From a virus (lineage: Duplodnaviria > Caudoviricetes): a stretch of 42,602 nucleotides of DNA. How positions within the stretch are numbered: the stretch's first letter is position 1; every line of letters begins with the position of its first letter. A program made the translations under genes and the position numbers. The stretch is taken from positions 1-42,602 of the IMG/VR virus record IMGVR_UViG_3300011435_000024; one strand, given 5' to 3'. Below the pieces are notes generated by a model. That model was not told the DNA's origin. It saw only the letters and a program-made list of their open reading frames with translations, and did no database searches. Shown in pieces: positions 8,701-15,612 of the stretch.

Positions 8701-9356
8701 GCGACACGCCGGAGAACCCGGAACCATCTCCCGCTCTTCCTGCTGAAAGAGCTGGCGAGGCGAGCCGCGGTCCGGTGGGTCCGCGGCTGTGGCCATTGGG
8801 CCTCGCGCTCGAGCGCGCCGAGAAGATCCAGAAGGCGCTCGCGCCGTATTGCCGGCAGATTGCGATCGCGGGCTCGATCCGCCGGCTGCGCCCGAACGTG
8901 GGCGACATTGACCTGGTGCTCGAGCCAAAGCCGGACTGCCGGAATGCGATCATCGAACGCACGCTGCGCACCGCCACCCGCGACGGCGCGGACGGGCAGG
9001 ATTATTCCCGCTTCATCCTGCGCGACGGCCTGCAGCTCGATCTCTGGTGGGTGCGGCCGCCGGCGCTGGATTTCTTCACCAACACGCAAAGCAACTGGGG
9101 GATGCGGCTGCTCGTCGCCACCGGTTCGCGCGCGCACAACATCGAACTGGCGAAGCGCGCGAAGGCCCTGGGCAAACATTTCGCGCCGTATCGGGGAATC
9201 GAGATCGACGGGCAGTACGACACCGTGGACGTGGGCGGCCGGGCGACCGAGGTTTACCGCGGCGGCCGGGTGGGCGCGTGCCTCTCCGAGGAGCAGATTT
9301 TCGCGGCGTTGGGCGTGCCTTTTGTCGTGCCGCAGAAGCGGGAGGTGGGCGCGTGA
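8697..9356 (+). CDS. Minimal family X DNA polymerase / Pol beta-like nucleotidyltransferase (palm and thumb only)
   Basis: AGSIRR, GDIDLV, QLDL, ATGSRAHN and EEQIFAALG...P..RE motifs. Confidence 0.88.
   Translation: MSDTPENPEPSPALPAERAGEASRGPVGPRLWPLGLALERAEKIQKALAPYCRQIAIAGSIRRLRPNVGDIDLVLEPKPDCRNAIIERTLRTATRDGADGQDYSRFILRDGLQLDLWWVRPPALDFFTNTQSNWGMRLLVATGSRAHNIELAKRAKALGKHFAPYRGIEIDGQYDTVDVGGRATEVYRGGRVGACLSEEQIFAALGVPFVVPQKREVGA
8724..8788 (+). repeat. Two-hairpin dispersed element, copy 2
   Basis: CCATCTCCC-GCTCTTCC-TGCT-GAAAGAGC-TGGCGAGGCG-AGCCGCGG-TCCGGTGGGT-CCGCGGCT. Confidence 0.85.
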
Positions 9357-9571
9357 GGCCGGGCCACATGCAGGTTATGGTCCGACTCGACGATGGGCGC
9401 TTTATGCCCATCGACCCGCAGGTGCCGGCGGAGCACTACGAGGGTTGGAAGGTGCGCGCGATTTGGATCTTTGGCGAGGTGCAGGATCCCGCAGACGCCG
9501 CGCTCAGCTTTCTTGTCGCGAAACGGTGGATTCATCAGGTGCGGCCGGACTGTGTGCATTACGTCGCATGA
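9353..9571 (+). CDS. Hypothetical protein
   Basis: GTGA and ATGA coupling to neighbours. Confidence 0.6.
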   Translation: MRPGHMQVMVRLDDGRFMPIDPQVPAEHYEGWKVRAIWIFGEVQDPADAALSFLVAKRWIHQVRPDCVHYVA

Positions 9572-9819
9572 GCTTCGACCCGCTGCACGCGCCGGATCTG
9601 GAGCTCGAGCTCGAGCTGGCGTACGGGCACATGCCGGAACCGCAGCTGCCGGCCACACCGCCGACGCGGCCGGTGCCCGGCTGCACGGGCAAGCAGGCCT
9701 ACGCCGACGCCGTGCAGGCGCGGACGGCGATCAATCATCGCGAACGCCGCGGCAGCGAGCGGCTGCGCGCGTATCCGTGCCACGCGTGCGGGCGCTGGCA
9801 TCTGGCCCGGCGCCGATGA
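9568..9819 (+). CDS. Small zinc-finger-like phage protein
   Basis: CTGKQAY...RAYPCHACGRWHL motif. Confidence 0.7.
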   Translation: MSFDPLHAPDLELELELAYGHMPEPQLPATPPTRPVPGCTGKQAYADAVQARTAINHRERRGSERLRAYPCHACGRWHLARRR

Positions 9820-10352
9820 ACGCCTGGCACGCCACCGGTTGGCTGACGGCGCGGGCCGAGGAGCGGGTGACGCCGACGGGCCGCGTGCTCGCACGCTTTC
9901 GCCTGCACGTGCGGGACCGGGCGGGCAAGGAACACGTTCACCTGTGCGAGGCGCAGGGCGGGATCGGGATCCAGGACGTGCCGCTGGGCGTGCTGCAGAA
10001 GTGGCTCCGCTACTTCACGCCGGGCCGCAGCATGAGCGTGGAGGGCGAGGCTGTGCGCGTGCCGCGGTTCGACAAGGGGGGCGCGATCGCCGGCGAGTTC
10101 ACGGTGATGCTGATCACCGGCTGCGAGTTTCACGACAGAGGAGCGCCGGGCGAGGCCGTCGCTCCATCTCCCGCTGTTGCTGCTGCAACAGCTGGCGAGG
10201 CTGCCGGCAATTCCGAGGAATTGCCGGCGGATCCACCCAACGCGCAGGAGGAACTGGGCGCGGTCGCGCCGGCGGGCGGGAAGTGGCCGAAGGCCCCGAG
10301 CCCGTTGAAGCAATTTTTGGACAAGGAAACCCAAGGAAACCCAAAGTCATGA
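9816..10352 (+). CDS. ssb: Single-stranded DNA-binding (OB-fold) protein
   Basis: MN....TGWLT...EERVTPTG..LARFRL...PGRSMSVEG resembles SSB; low-complexity tail contains repeat copy 3. Confidence 0.65.
   Translation: MNAWHATGWLTARAEERVTPTGRVLARFRLHVRDRAGKEHVHLCEAQGGIGIQDVPLGVLQKWLRYFTPGRSMSVEGEAVRVPRFDKGGAIAGEFTVMLITGCEFHDRGAPGEAVAPSPAVAAATAGEAAGNSEELPADPPNAQEELGAVAPAGGKWPKAPSPLKQFLDKETQGNPKS
10164..10230 (+). repeat. Two-hairpin dispersed element, copy 3
   Basis: CCATCTCCC-GCTGTTGC-TGCT-GCAACAGC-TGGCGAGGCT-GCCGGCAATTC-CGAG-GAATTGCCGGC. Confidence 0.85.
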
Positions 10353-12040
10353 ATACACCAGCAGCACCCTCGAGCACCCCGGAGGCGGCCACGGCCGCGC
10401 CGGTTGTTAGCACACCGAAGACACCGGAAGGCGTGACGCCGGCCGGCGTGATCAAACCGATCGAGTTCCGCACGACGGGCGTGCCGTTGCGCGTGATCGT
10501 TCCGAACCCGGACCAGCCGCGCGACCACATCACGCCCGAGTCGATCACCGAGCTCGCGGACAGCCTGAAGCAGCACGGCCTGCTGCAGCCGGTGATCCTG
10601 ATCCCGGCCAGCGCGGTGCCGGGCAAGATCCGCGGCGAGTACATGCTCGTGGCCGGGGAGCGGCGCTGGCAGGCGGCCAGGAAAGTGGGCTGGGAACTGA
10701 TCGACGCGCGGGTGGCGTTCAACTGCACGCTGGCGCAGGCGCAGGTGTTCGCGCTGGTGGAGAACCTCGAGCGCGAGCAGCTCGACGCGATCCAGGAGGC
10801 CCGCGGTTTTTCGCAGCTCGTGGCGCTGGGGCTGACACACGAGGAGATCGGCAAGAAGGTGCACCGCGAGAAGTCGACCGTGACCAACGCGCTGCGCCTG
10901 TTGAAGCTGCCCGAGAAGGTGCAGCTGCAGATCCGCACGAAAGAACTCTCCGCCAAGCACGGCGTGGCGATTTTACGGTTTGAGGCGTTTCCCAAGGTGA
11001 TGGAGTTCATCGGCAAGGAGGCGGCGCTGGACGGCCGCAACGCCGAAGGGTTGCGCACCGGCCTGCCGTACTACTGGGCCATGGAGCGGACCAAGGTGGT
11101 CGTAAAGATCGCGAGCCAGGATCTGATCGCGGCCAACGTGACGCAGGGTACGCTGAAGGAGCAGCCGTGGTTCGTGCAGTCGCACAGCGATTTCTTTTCG
11201 CTGGATCCGGCGAAGTCGGCCGCGTGGCTGGCCGAGAAGACGAAGGCCTACGAGATAGAGAAGCAGGAGAAGGCGGCCGCGGCGCTGAAGAAACACCTGG
11301 CCGCGGTGGAAAAGGCCAAGGCCGCGGGCAAGGCGCCGCCCCCCAAACCGGAGCCGAAGCCGGCGAAGAAGATCAACCCGCGCACGGGCCAGGTGGCGCG
11401 CGCGATGACGCCGGCGGAGAAGCGCGAGCGGGCCGACAAGGTGACGAAGAACAAGCAGCAGCGCGTGAAGCTCGAGGCCGCCTGGGCGCAGACCGTGGCG
11501 ACGATCAAGAGCCTTAAGGAAGTGCGCAGCGCCGACGTGGCGCTGCTGGCCGACGCGTATCTGGACACAGGTTACGGCAGCGGCTGGCATGCGATGGACG
11601 ATGACGAGCTGGGCGAGGTGCTGGGGGTGCTCGAGATCAAGGACCGGGTGAAGACGCTGGAGCAGCTCACCCCGCTGCAGATCATCAAGGCCGCGCTCTA
11701 TACCGGCCTGCAGCGCATGTTTGAGGAGGCCAAGCGCGGCGCGCACGGCGTGCCGGAAGAGGCGGAGGCCTACGCCAAGGGCTACGAGAAACGGCTCAAG
11801 GCGAAGCCGGCGCCGAAAGCGGCCGCCAAGAAGCCGGCCACCGCCAAGAAGCCGGCCACCGCCAAGGCACAGCTGCGCGAGAATGAGAATCGCGTGATTC
11901 GCGACGAACTCGCGAAGGGCCGCAAACCCGCGGAGCTGGCGAAGGTGTTTTGCGTGTCGCTGCCGCGCGTGCTCAACCTGCAGGCGGCGATGCGCAAGGC
12001 CAAGGGTACGAAGGCCGAGAAGGCGGCCGCGGGCGCGTGA
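10349..12040 (+). CDS. ParB/Spo0J-family protein with long Lys/Ala-rich C-terminal extension
   Basis: PNPDQPR, GLLQPV, LVAGERRWQAA, LVENLERE and HTH THEEIGKKVHREKSTVTNALRLL; AKKPAT tandem repeat near 11825-11866. Confidence 0.9.
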   Translation: MNTPAAPSSTPEAATAAPVVSTPKTPEGVTPAGVIKPIEFRTTGVPLRVIVPNPDQPRDHITPESITELADSLKQHGLLQPVILIPASAVPGKIRGEYMLVAGERRWQAARKVGWELIDARVAFNCTLAQAQVFALVENLEREQLDAIQEARGFSQLVALGLTHEEIGKKVHREKSTVTNALRLLKLPEKVQLQIRTKELSAKHGVAILRFEAFPKVMEFIGKEAALDGRNAEGLRTGLPYYWAMERTKVVVKIASQDLIAANVTQGTLKEQPWFVQSHSDFFSLDPAKSAAWLAEKTKAYEIEKQEKAAAALKKHLAAVEKAKAAGKAPPPKPEPKPAKKINPRTGQVARAMTPAEKRERADKVTKNKQQRVKLEAAWAQTVATIKSLKEVRSADVALLADAYLDTGYGSGWHAMDDDELGEVLGVLEIKDRVKTLEQLTPLQIIKAALYTGLQRMFEEAKRGAHGVPEEAEAYAKGYEKRLKAKPAPKAAAKKPATAKKPATAKAQLRENENRVIRDELAKGRKPAELAKVFCVSLPRVLNLQAAMRKAKGTKAEKAAAGA

Positions 12041-12137
12041 ACCGGGAAAGCTGACTGACCGATGGGCGCGCAACCAGCATCAGATTCACAACGAGGCGGA
12101 ACCGCGTCCAGCGGTTCAGTCGAGCGGTTGGTTCGGC
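12036..12137 (-). mobile_element. attC-like site 1
   Basis: + strand: CGTGAAC-CGGGAAA-GCT.GACTGA.CCG ... CGG[T]TCAGTC[G]AGC-GGTTG-GTTCGGC, with two extrahelical bases T and G. Confidence 0.8.
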
Positions 12138-12352
12138 CTTTTTGTATGGGTGAATTGTGGGCTGGAGGCAACGGCATGAAGTGTGAGCACGCCGAATGCG
12201 CTGGCCGCACGTCTGTCATCTACATGACCGCCGAAGAATACGCCTCGCTCCCGGTCAAGAGTGGCCCGGAGGCGTGCATCTATATCTTCAACCGACAACT
12301 CGGCAAAGCCCTGTGCGATCAGCATAGGCCGAACGACCAAGCTCAGCGATGA
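12062..12352 (+). CDS. Cassette 1 gene, Cys/His-rich hypothetical protein
   Basis: ATG inside attC1; CEHAEC...C...LCDQH; ends PNDQAQR inside attC2. Confidence 0.65.
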   Translation: MGAQPASDSQRGGTASSGSVERLVRPFCMGELWAGGNGMKCEHAECAGRTSVIYMTAEEYASLPVKSGPEACIYIFNRQLGKALCDQHRPNDQAQR

Positions 12353-12433
12353 CGCCCGTGAAACCATCCGCACACGTTGAGGCTCGCGCGAATGACGCGT
12401 CTGCGCGGCATTCGCTGGGGCGCTTGGTTCGGC
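12328..12433 (-). mobile_element. attC-like site 2
   Basis: GCCGAAC-GACCAA-GCT.CAGCGA.TG ... CA[T]TCGCTG[G]GGC-GCTTG-GTTCGGC. Confidence 0.88.
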
Positions 12434-12636
12434 GCGTCTTTGCTCCGCTCTTTGTGCACTGGCGCGCACGCCGCCACCACCACGCGCCGTGTGATGCCTC
12501 TTTCTGCCACTTTCCGAGCGCGCAATGCGACGGCTCGCCGTGGGGTGGCGGCGAAGTGCGAGGCTGTCGCCAGCTCACAGGGTGTGGAATAAATCCGCCG
12601 AACACCAGAGTGGAGACACCTCGCGATGAAGCGTAA
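12349..12636 (+). CDS. Cassette 2 gene, Cys/His-rich hypothetical protein
   Basis: ATGA overlap inside attC2; ends PNTRVETPRDEA inside attC3. Confidence 0.6.
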   Translation: MTPVKPSAHVEARANDASARHSLGRLVRRVFAPLFVHWRARRHHHAPCDASFCHFPSAQCDGSPWGGGEVRGCRQLTGCGINPPNTRVETPRDEA

Positions 12637-12699
12637 GCTGCGGAAACCCTCCCGAGTTCGTGCCGCGCAACCGAGGTTGTCTCGCACGATTTGTTCGGG
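12597..12699 (-). mobile_element. attC-like site 3
   Basis: GCCGAAC-ACCAGA-GTG.GAGACA.CCTCG ... CGAGG[T]TGTCTC[G]CAC-GATTT-GTTCGGG. Confidence 0.88.
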
Positions 12700-12841
12700 C
12701 TCTGTTTTGATCGGCGAACTGAGCATCGAGCCGATGTCAGGGGGCTGCGTGTGGCTGCAACACAAGTGCGGGCTTGGGAAGGCGACTACCGCGGCGCACC
12801 TCGAATTGGTGATCCTGCGATATTTCTGGAGGGGAAAATGA
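12626..12841 (+). CDS. Cassette 3 gene a, hypothetical
   Basis: ATG inside attC3; ATGA-coupled to gene b. Confidence 0.55.
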   Translation: MKRKLRKPSRVRAAQPRLSRTICSGSVLIGELSIEPMSGGCVWLQHKCGLGKATTAAHLELVILRYFWRGK

Positions 12842-13113
12842 AGACAGAAGAATCGGAAGCACTCTCACTGCTCCTCGCGCGAGTGGCGCGGACGCTCAAG
12901 GCGCACGGAATGTCCGATTCCGTCGTCGCGTGGATCATGCGAGCGATGCTCGAATCGTGGGAAATAGGCGTGGTGGACGGCGGACCGCCCGTGGCCGACT
13001 GTGGGCACAAGGGCGAAGACGGATGCTGCCAGCACCCGCAAAACATCACGCCCGAGTGTCACCGCTTCGCGTGCCCAATCTGCCGTAGCCCGAACACCAA
13101 AACTCAGCCATGA
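12838..13113 (+). CDS. Cassette 3 gene b, Cys-rich hypothetical protein
   Basis: GGAGG RBS; CGH..CCQHP...CHRFACPIC; ends PNTKTQP inside attC4. Confidence 0.65.
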   Translation: MKTEESEALSLLLARVARTLKAHGMSDSVVAWIMRAMLESWEIGVVDGGPPVADCGHKGEDGCCQHPQNITPECHRFACPICRSPNTKTQP

Positions 13114-13219
13114 GCACCGACAACAGACTCGGAGAAAACAAGTGCCCCCAGTGTGGCGGACCATCGCTCGCAAGCGTGGTGTGCGCGCGGTGCTCATTGG
13201 CTGGAGTGCCTTGTTCGGT
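13089..13219 (-). mobile_element. attC-like site 4
   Basis: CCCGAAC-ACCAAA-ACT.CAGCCA.TGAGCACCG ... CGGTGCTCA[T]TGGCTG[G]AGT-GCCTT-GTTCGGT. Confidence 0.9.
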
Positions 13220-13463
13220 GGAATCTACTTCGCGTCAGGTGATCGAAAAGAAACTCCTGACCGCGCTCGAAGACGAGAACACCGTGGCGATTCTCGCGAG
13301 CAAGAGAGACCTCAACCTCTACATCGACGCACTGCGATTTTGGGACATGCACCTCTCGATTCCTGAACGGCGTAAACATCTCGCTGAGATGCTCGCTGGC
13401 CTGAAGCAACTGCGGGCGTCCGCATTTCGACCGAACCATAGATTAGGCCACACCGAGAAATGA
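13110..13463 (+). CDS. Cassette 4 gene, hypothetical with CxxC..CxxC N-terminus
   Basis: ATGA overlap inside attC4; ends PNHRLGHTEK across the attI-like site. Confidence 0.65.
   Translation: MSTDNRLGENKCPQCGGPSLASVVCARCSLAGVPCSVESTSRQVIEKKLLTALEDENTVAILASKRDLNLYIDALRFWDMHLSIPERRKHLAEMLAGLKQLRASAFRPNHRLGHTEK
13430..13448 (-). mobile_element. attI-like simple site closing the cassette array
   Basis: Minus strand GCCTAAT-CTATG-GTTCGGT: L box, 5-nt spacer, R box; no attC hairpin follows. Confidence 0.6.
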
Positions 13464-13777
13464 GCGTAAGGCGTAAATCGCGGTGGCGCAGTCAGAACCT
13501 GCGCCATCACAAGAAGCGGGCGAACCAGCGCGCGGCGAAGGAACGCAAGCGGCTGGCCGCGCTGGCCGCGCCGATGGATCCGGATGTGCCGCAGGCCGCG
13601 GTGCCACGCGGGCGGCCGACCGGGTTTCGGGTCACGGTGGAATGCCTGGAGGATGGCCAGCGGGCGAGCTTCACGGCCGCGCGCGGGCCGTTCGGGCTGA
13701 CGATCTCGCCGACGTTGGCCGGGCGGCGGGTGACGTGTGTGCTGCAGTATTACGTGCCTGAAAGGCTGGCGCGGTGA
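13460..13777 (+). CDS. Hypothetical basic protein
   Basis: ATGA-coupled; codon usage returns to genome-typical high GC. Confidence 0.65.
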   Translation: MSVRRKSRWRSQNLRHHKKRANQRAAKERKRLAALAAPMDPDVPQAAVPRGRPTGFRVTVECLEDGQRASFTAARGPFGLTISPTLAGRRVTCVLQYYVPERLAR

Positions 13778-14445
13778 TCCTGCGCCCGTTCCTGCTCGAG
13801 CCGCGGTGGCTGGAGAGCGAGCGCCTGCAGGCGCTGCCCGCGCACCTGCAGCTTTTCTTTTTGCGACTGGGCCACGCCTGTGATGGCGCCGGCCGGTTTG
13901 AGAACGATGCTGCGATACTTCGCCCGGCGCTGTATCCACGCATGCTCCACAAAGTGTCGGTGCGGGATGTGCAAGGCAACGTCGTGCAGCTGCACGGGGC
14001 CGGGCTCATCAAGCTGTACACGGTAGGGGCGCGGGGATTCGGTGAAGTCCTGAATTACCGGCAACGTGACGCGAACCGGAAGGTGATCCACCCGGCCGAA
14101 CCCGGCGAACCGGAGTTATTCACAATCCCCGCGGCCGCGCCGCCGGGGGGGGAAATGAATGGAAGGGAAGATGAAGGGAACGCGCGCGAGGCGCGCGCGC
14201 CCCAGATGAAAAAAACCAGGCCGACCCGGCCGGCGCGGTTGTTCCCGCGCGAGATCGAGGCCTTGCTGACGGACCGGCGGCGGCAGCTGGCCGCGATCCG
14301 CAATCCCGGGGGCTGTGCCTACCGCGGCCGCGACACCTATAGTGCGCAGGAAGTGAAGCGGGAAGGCGAACTCATGCTGGAGGTGGCGGCGCTCGAGGAA
14401 GCGCTGCGCCAGGCGGTGCGCGACAGTCTGGAGGTGCCGGCATGA
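13774..14445 (+). CDS. Putative replication initiator / replisome organiser (N-terminal winged helix)
   Basis: WLESERLQAL...LFFLRL..ACDGAGRFENDAAILRPALYP...L...GLIKLY resembles phage initiator N-termini; purine-rich linker. Confidence 0.6.
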   Translation: MILRPFLLEPRWLESERLQALPAHLQLFFLRLGHACDGAGRFENDAAILRPALYPRMLHKVSVRDVQGNVVQLHGAGLIKLYTVGARGFGEVLNYRQRDANRKVIHPAEPGEPELFTIPAAAPPGGEMNGREDEGNAREARAPQMKKTRPTRPARLFPREIEALLTDRRRQLAAIRNPGGCAYRGRDTYSAQEVKREGELMLEVAALEEALRQAVRDSLEVPA

Positions 14446-14753
14446 CCGCGCCCGACATGGTGACGGCGCTGGCCCACCGCGTGCGCGCGCTCGAGGCGCA
14501 GGTGACGGCGCTGCTCGGCAAGGGCGGCCCGGGCCGGCTGGTGGACGATGCCAGCGTGATCGCGGCCGTGGCCGAGGCGCTGGGCGTGGCCGCGGGCGAG
14601 GTGACCGGCGGCCGCAAGCGGCCGGAGGCGGTGGCCGCGCGGCGCGTGGTGGTGAAGGCGCTGCGCGAACGCTTTGCCTGGAGCTGGGCGCGGATCGCGC
14701 GCGCGGTGGGCTGTGACGTGAAGCGGGCGCAGCGGCTGGCCGCGGGCCGGTAG
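14442..14753 (+). CDS. DnaA C-terminal-like HTH protein
   Basis: VIAAVAEALGV...EVTGGRKR...VAARRV...FAWSWARIARAVG matches the DnaA domain IV pattern. Confidence 0.75.
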   Translation: MTAPDMVTALAHRVRALEAQVTALLGKGGPGRLVDDASVIAAVAEALGVAAGEVTGGRKRPEAVAARRVVVKALRERFAWSWARIARAVGCDVKRAQRLAAGR

Positions 14754-14772
14754 GGTTGGCCGGCAAACCCGG

Positions 14773-14837
14773 CTCTCTCGCTGTGCCTGCTGGTCACAGC
14801 TGGCGAGGCGGGCCTGCGGTCCGGTGGGTCCGCAGGC
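14773..14837 (+). repeat. Two-hairpin dispersed element, copy 4 (upstream of terS)
   Basis: CTCTCTC-GCTGTGCC-TGCT-GG[T]CACAGC-TGGCGAGGCGG-GCCTGCGG-TCCGGTGGGT-CCGCAGGC. Confidence 0.85.
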
Positions 14838-14946
14838 GGCCAATCGCACGGAATCGCCCCCGGAATCGCCCGGGCGATTCGTCGGCGGGCTGGCGGAGGG
14901 CAGGGCGCCGCGGGCACAACGGGGCTTTCACCGCATTGCGCCCGAT

Positions 14947-15612
14947 GTGAGGAACGAACCGAAACAGCTGACGTTTGCCGAGCTCGAGGCCACGCTCAAG
15001 CAGAGCGGGGTGGGCGAGCTGCCCGAGGGCGTGGACGTGCTGACCCGGCGGGAGTTCGCGTTTGTCACGGCGCTGCTGGGCCACGGGCAGCAGGCGCGCG
15101 CGGCGCGCGAGGCGGGCTATTCGCCCGACGCCGCGGCCGCGATCGCGAGCGAAACCCTGCGAAAACCGAAGGTTCACGCGTTTTACCGGCGCTGCCTGGC
15201 CAAGGTGGCGAACAACGCGGAGCAGCTCGTGATGCGGGTCTACGAGCGGAGCGTGCTCTACCACGCCAAGGCGATGAGCGCGGCGCAGGAAATGCGCGAA
15301 CTCGAGGCGGCTGAACAGGCCCTGCTGCGCCTAGACAAGGCGGCCGGCGGCGGCAAAAGCTCGACCACCGAACATTACGAGACGCGGCGCGCGGTCTGGA
15401 TGCGCGAGGAGAAGAAATACGCCGACATGGCGAACGCCGCCGACGTGCTGCTGGGCTCCCTGCTGGGGAAGCTGAAGCTCAACGTCGATGTGAGCGGCGG
15501 CCTCAAGGGCGTGGTGGTCGACGAGGCGCTGAGCAACGAACTGGTGGAGCAGCGCCGGCGGCTGCAGTCCACGAACCCCGCCTGGAGGACCGTCAGTGGA
15601 AGCAGCAATTGA
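14947..15612 (+). CDS. terS: Terminase small subunit
   Basis: LTRREFAFV...ARAAREAGYS...A...ASETLRKPKV motif; directly before terL; start uncertain (14824 or 14947). Confidence 0.85.
   Translation: MRNEPKQLTFAELEATLKQSGVGELPEGVDVLTRREFAFVTALLGHGQQARAAREAGYSPDAAAAIASETLRKPKVHAFYRRCLAKVANNAEQLVMRVYERSVLYHAKAMSAAQEMRELEAAEQALLRLDKAAGGGKSSTTEHYETRRAVWMREEKKYADMANAADVLLGSLLGKLKLNVDVSGGLKGVVVDEALSNELVEQRRRLQSTNPAWRTVSGSSN

Noticed and set aside
11825-11866. 18-bp tandem repeat; also short repeats at 10323-10342 and 26318-26341
   Set aside because: Explained by low-complexity peptide repeats (AKKPAT, PPEE) or a local duplication near an RBS.
12036-13463. CRISPR array or simple terminators
   Set aside because: The sites share structure but not sequence, the intervals are ORF-sized, there are no U tracts and no cas genes.
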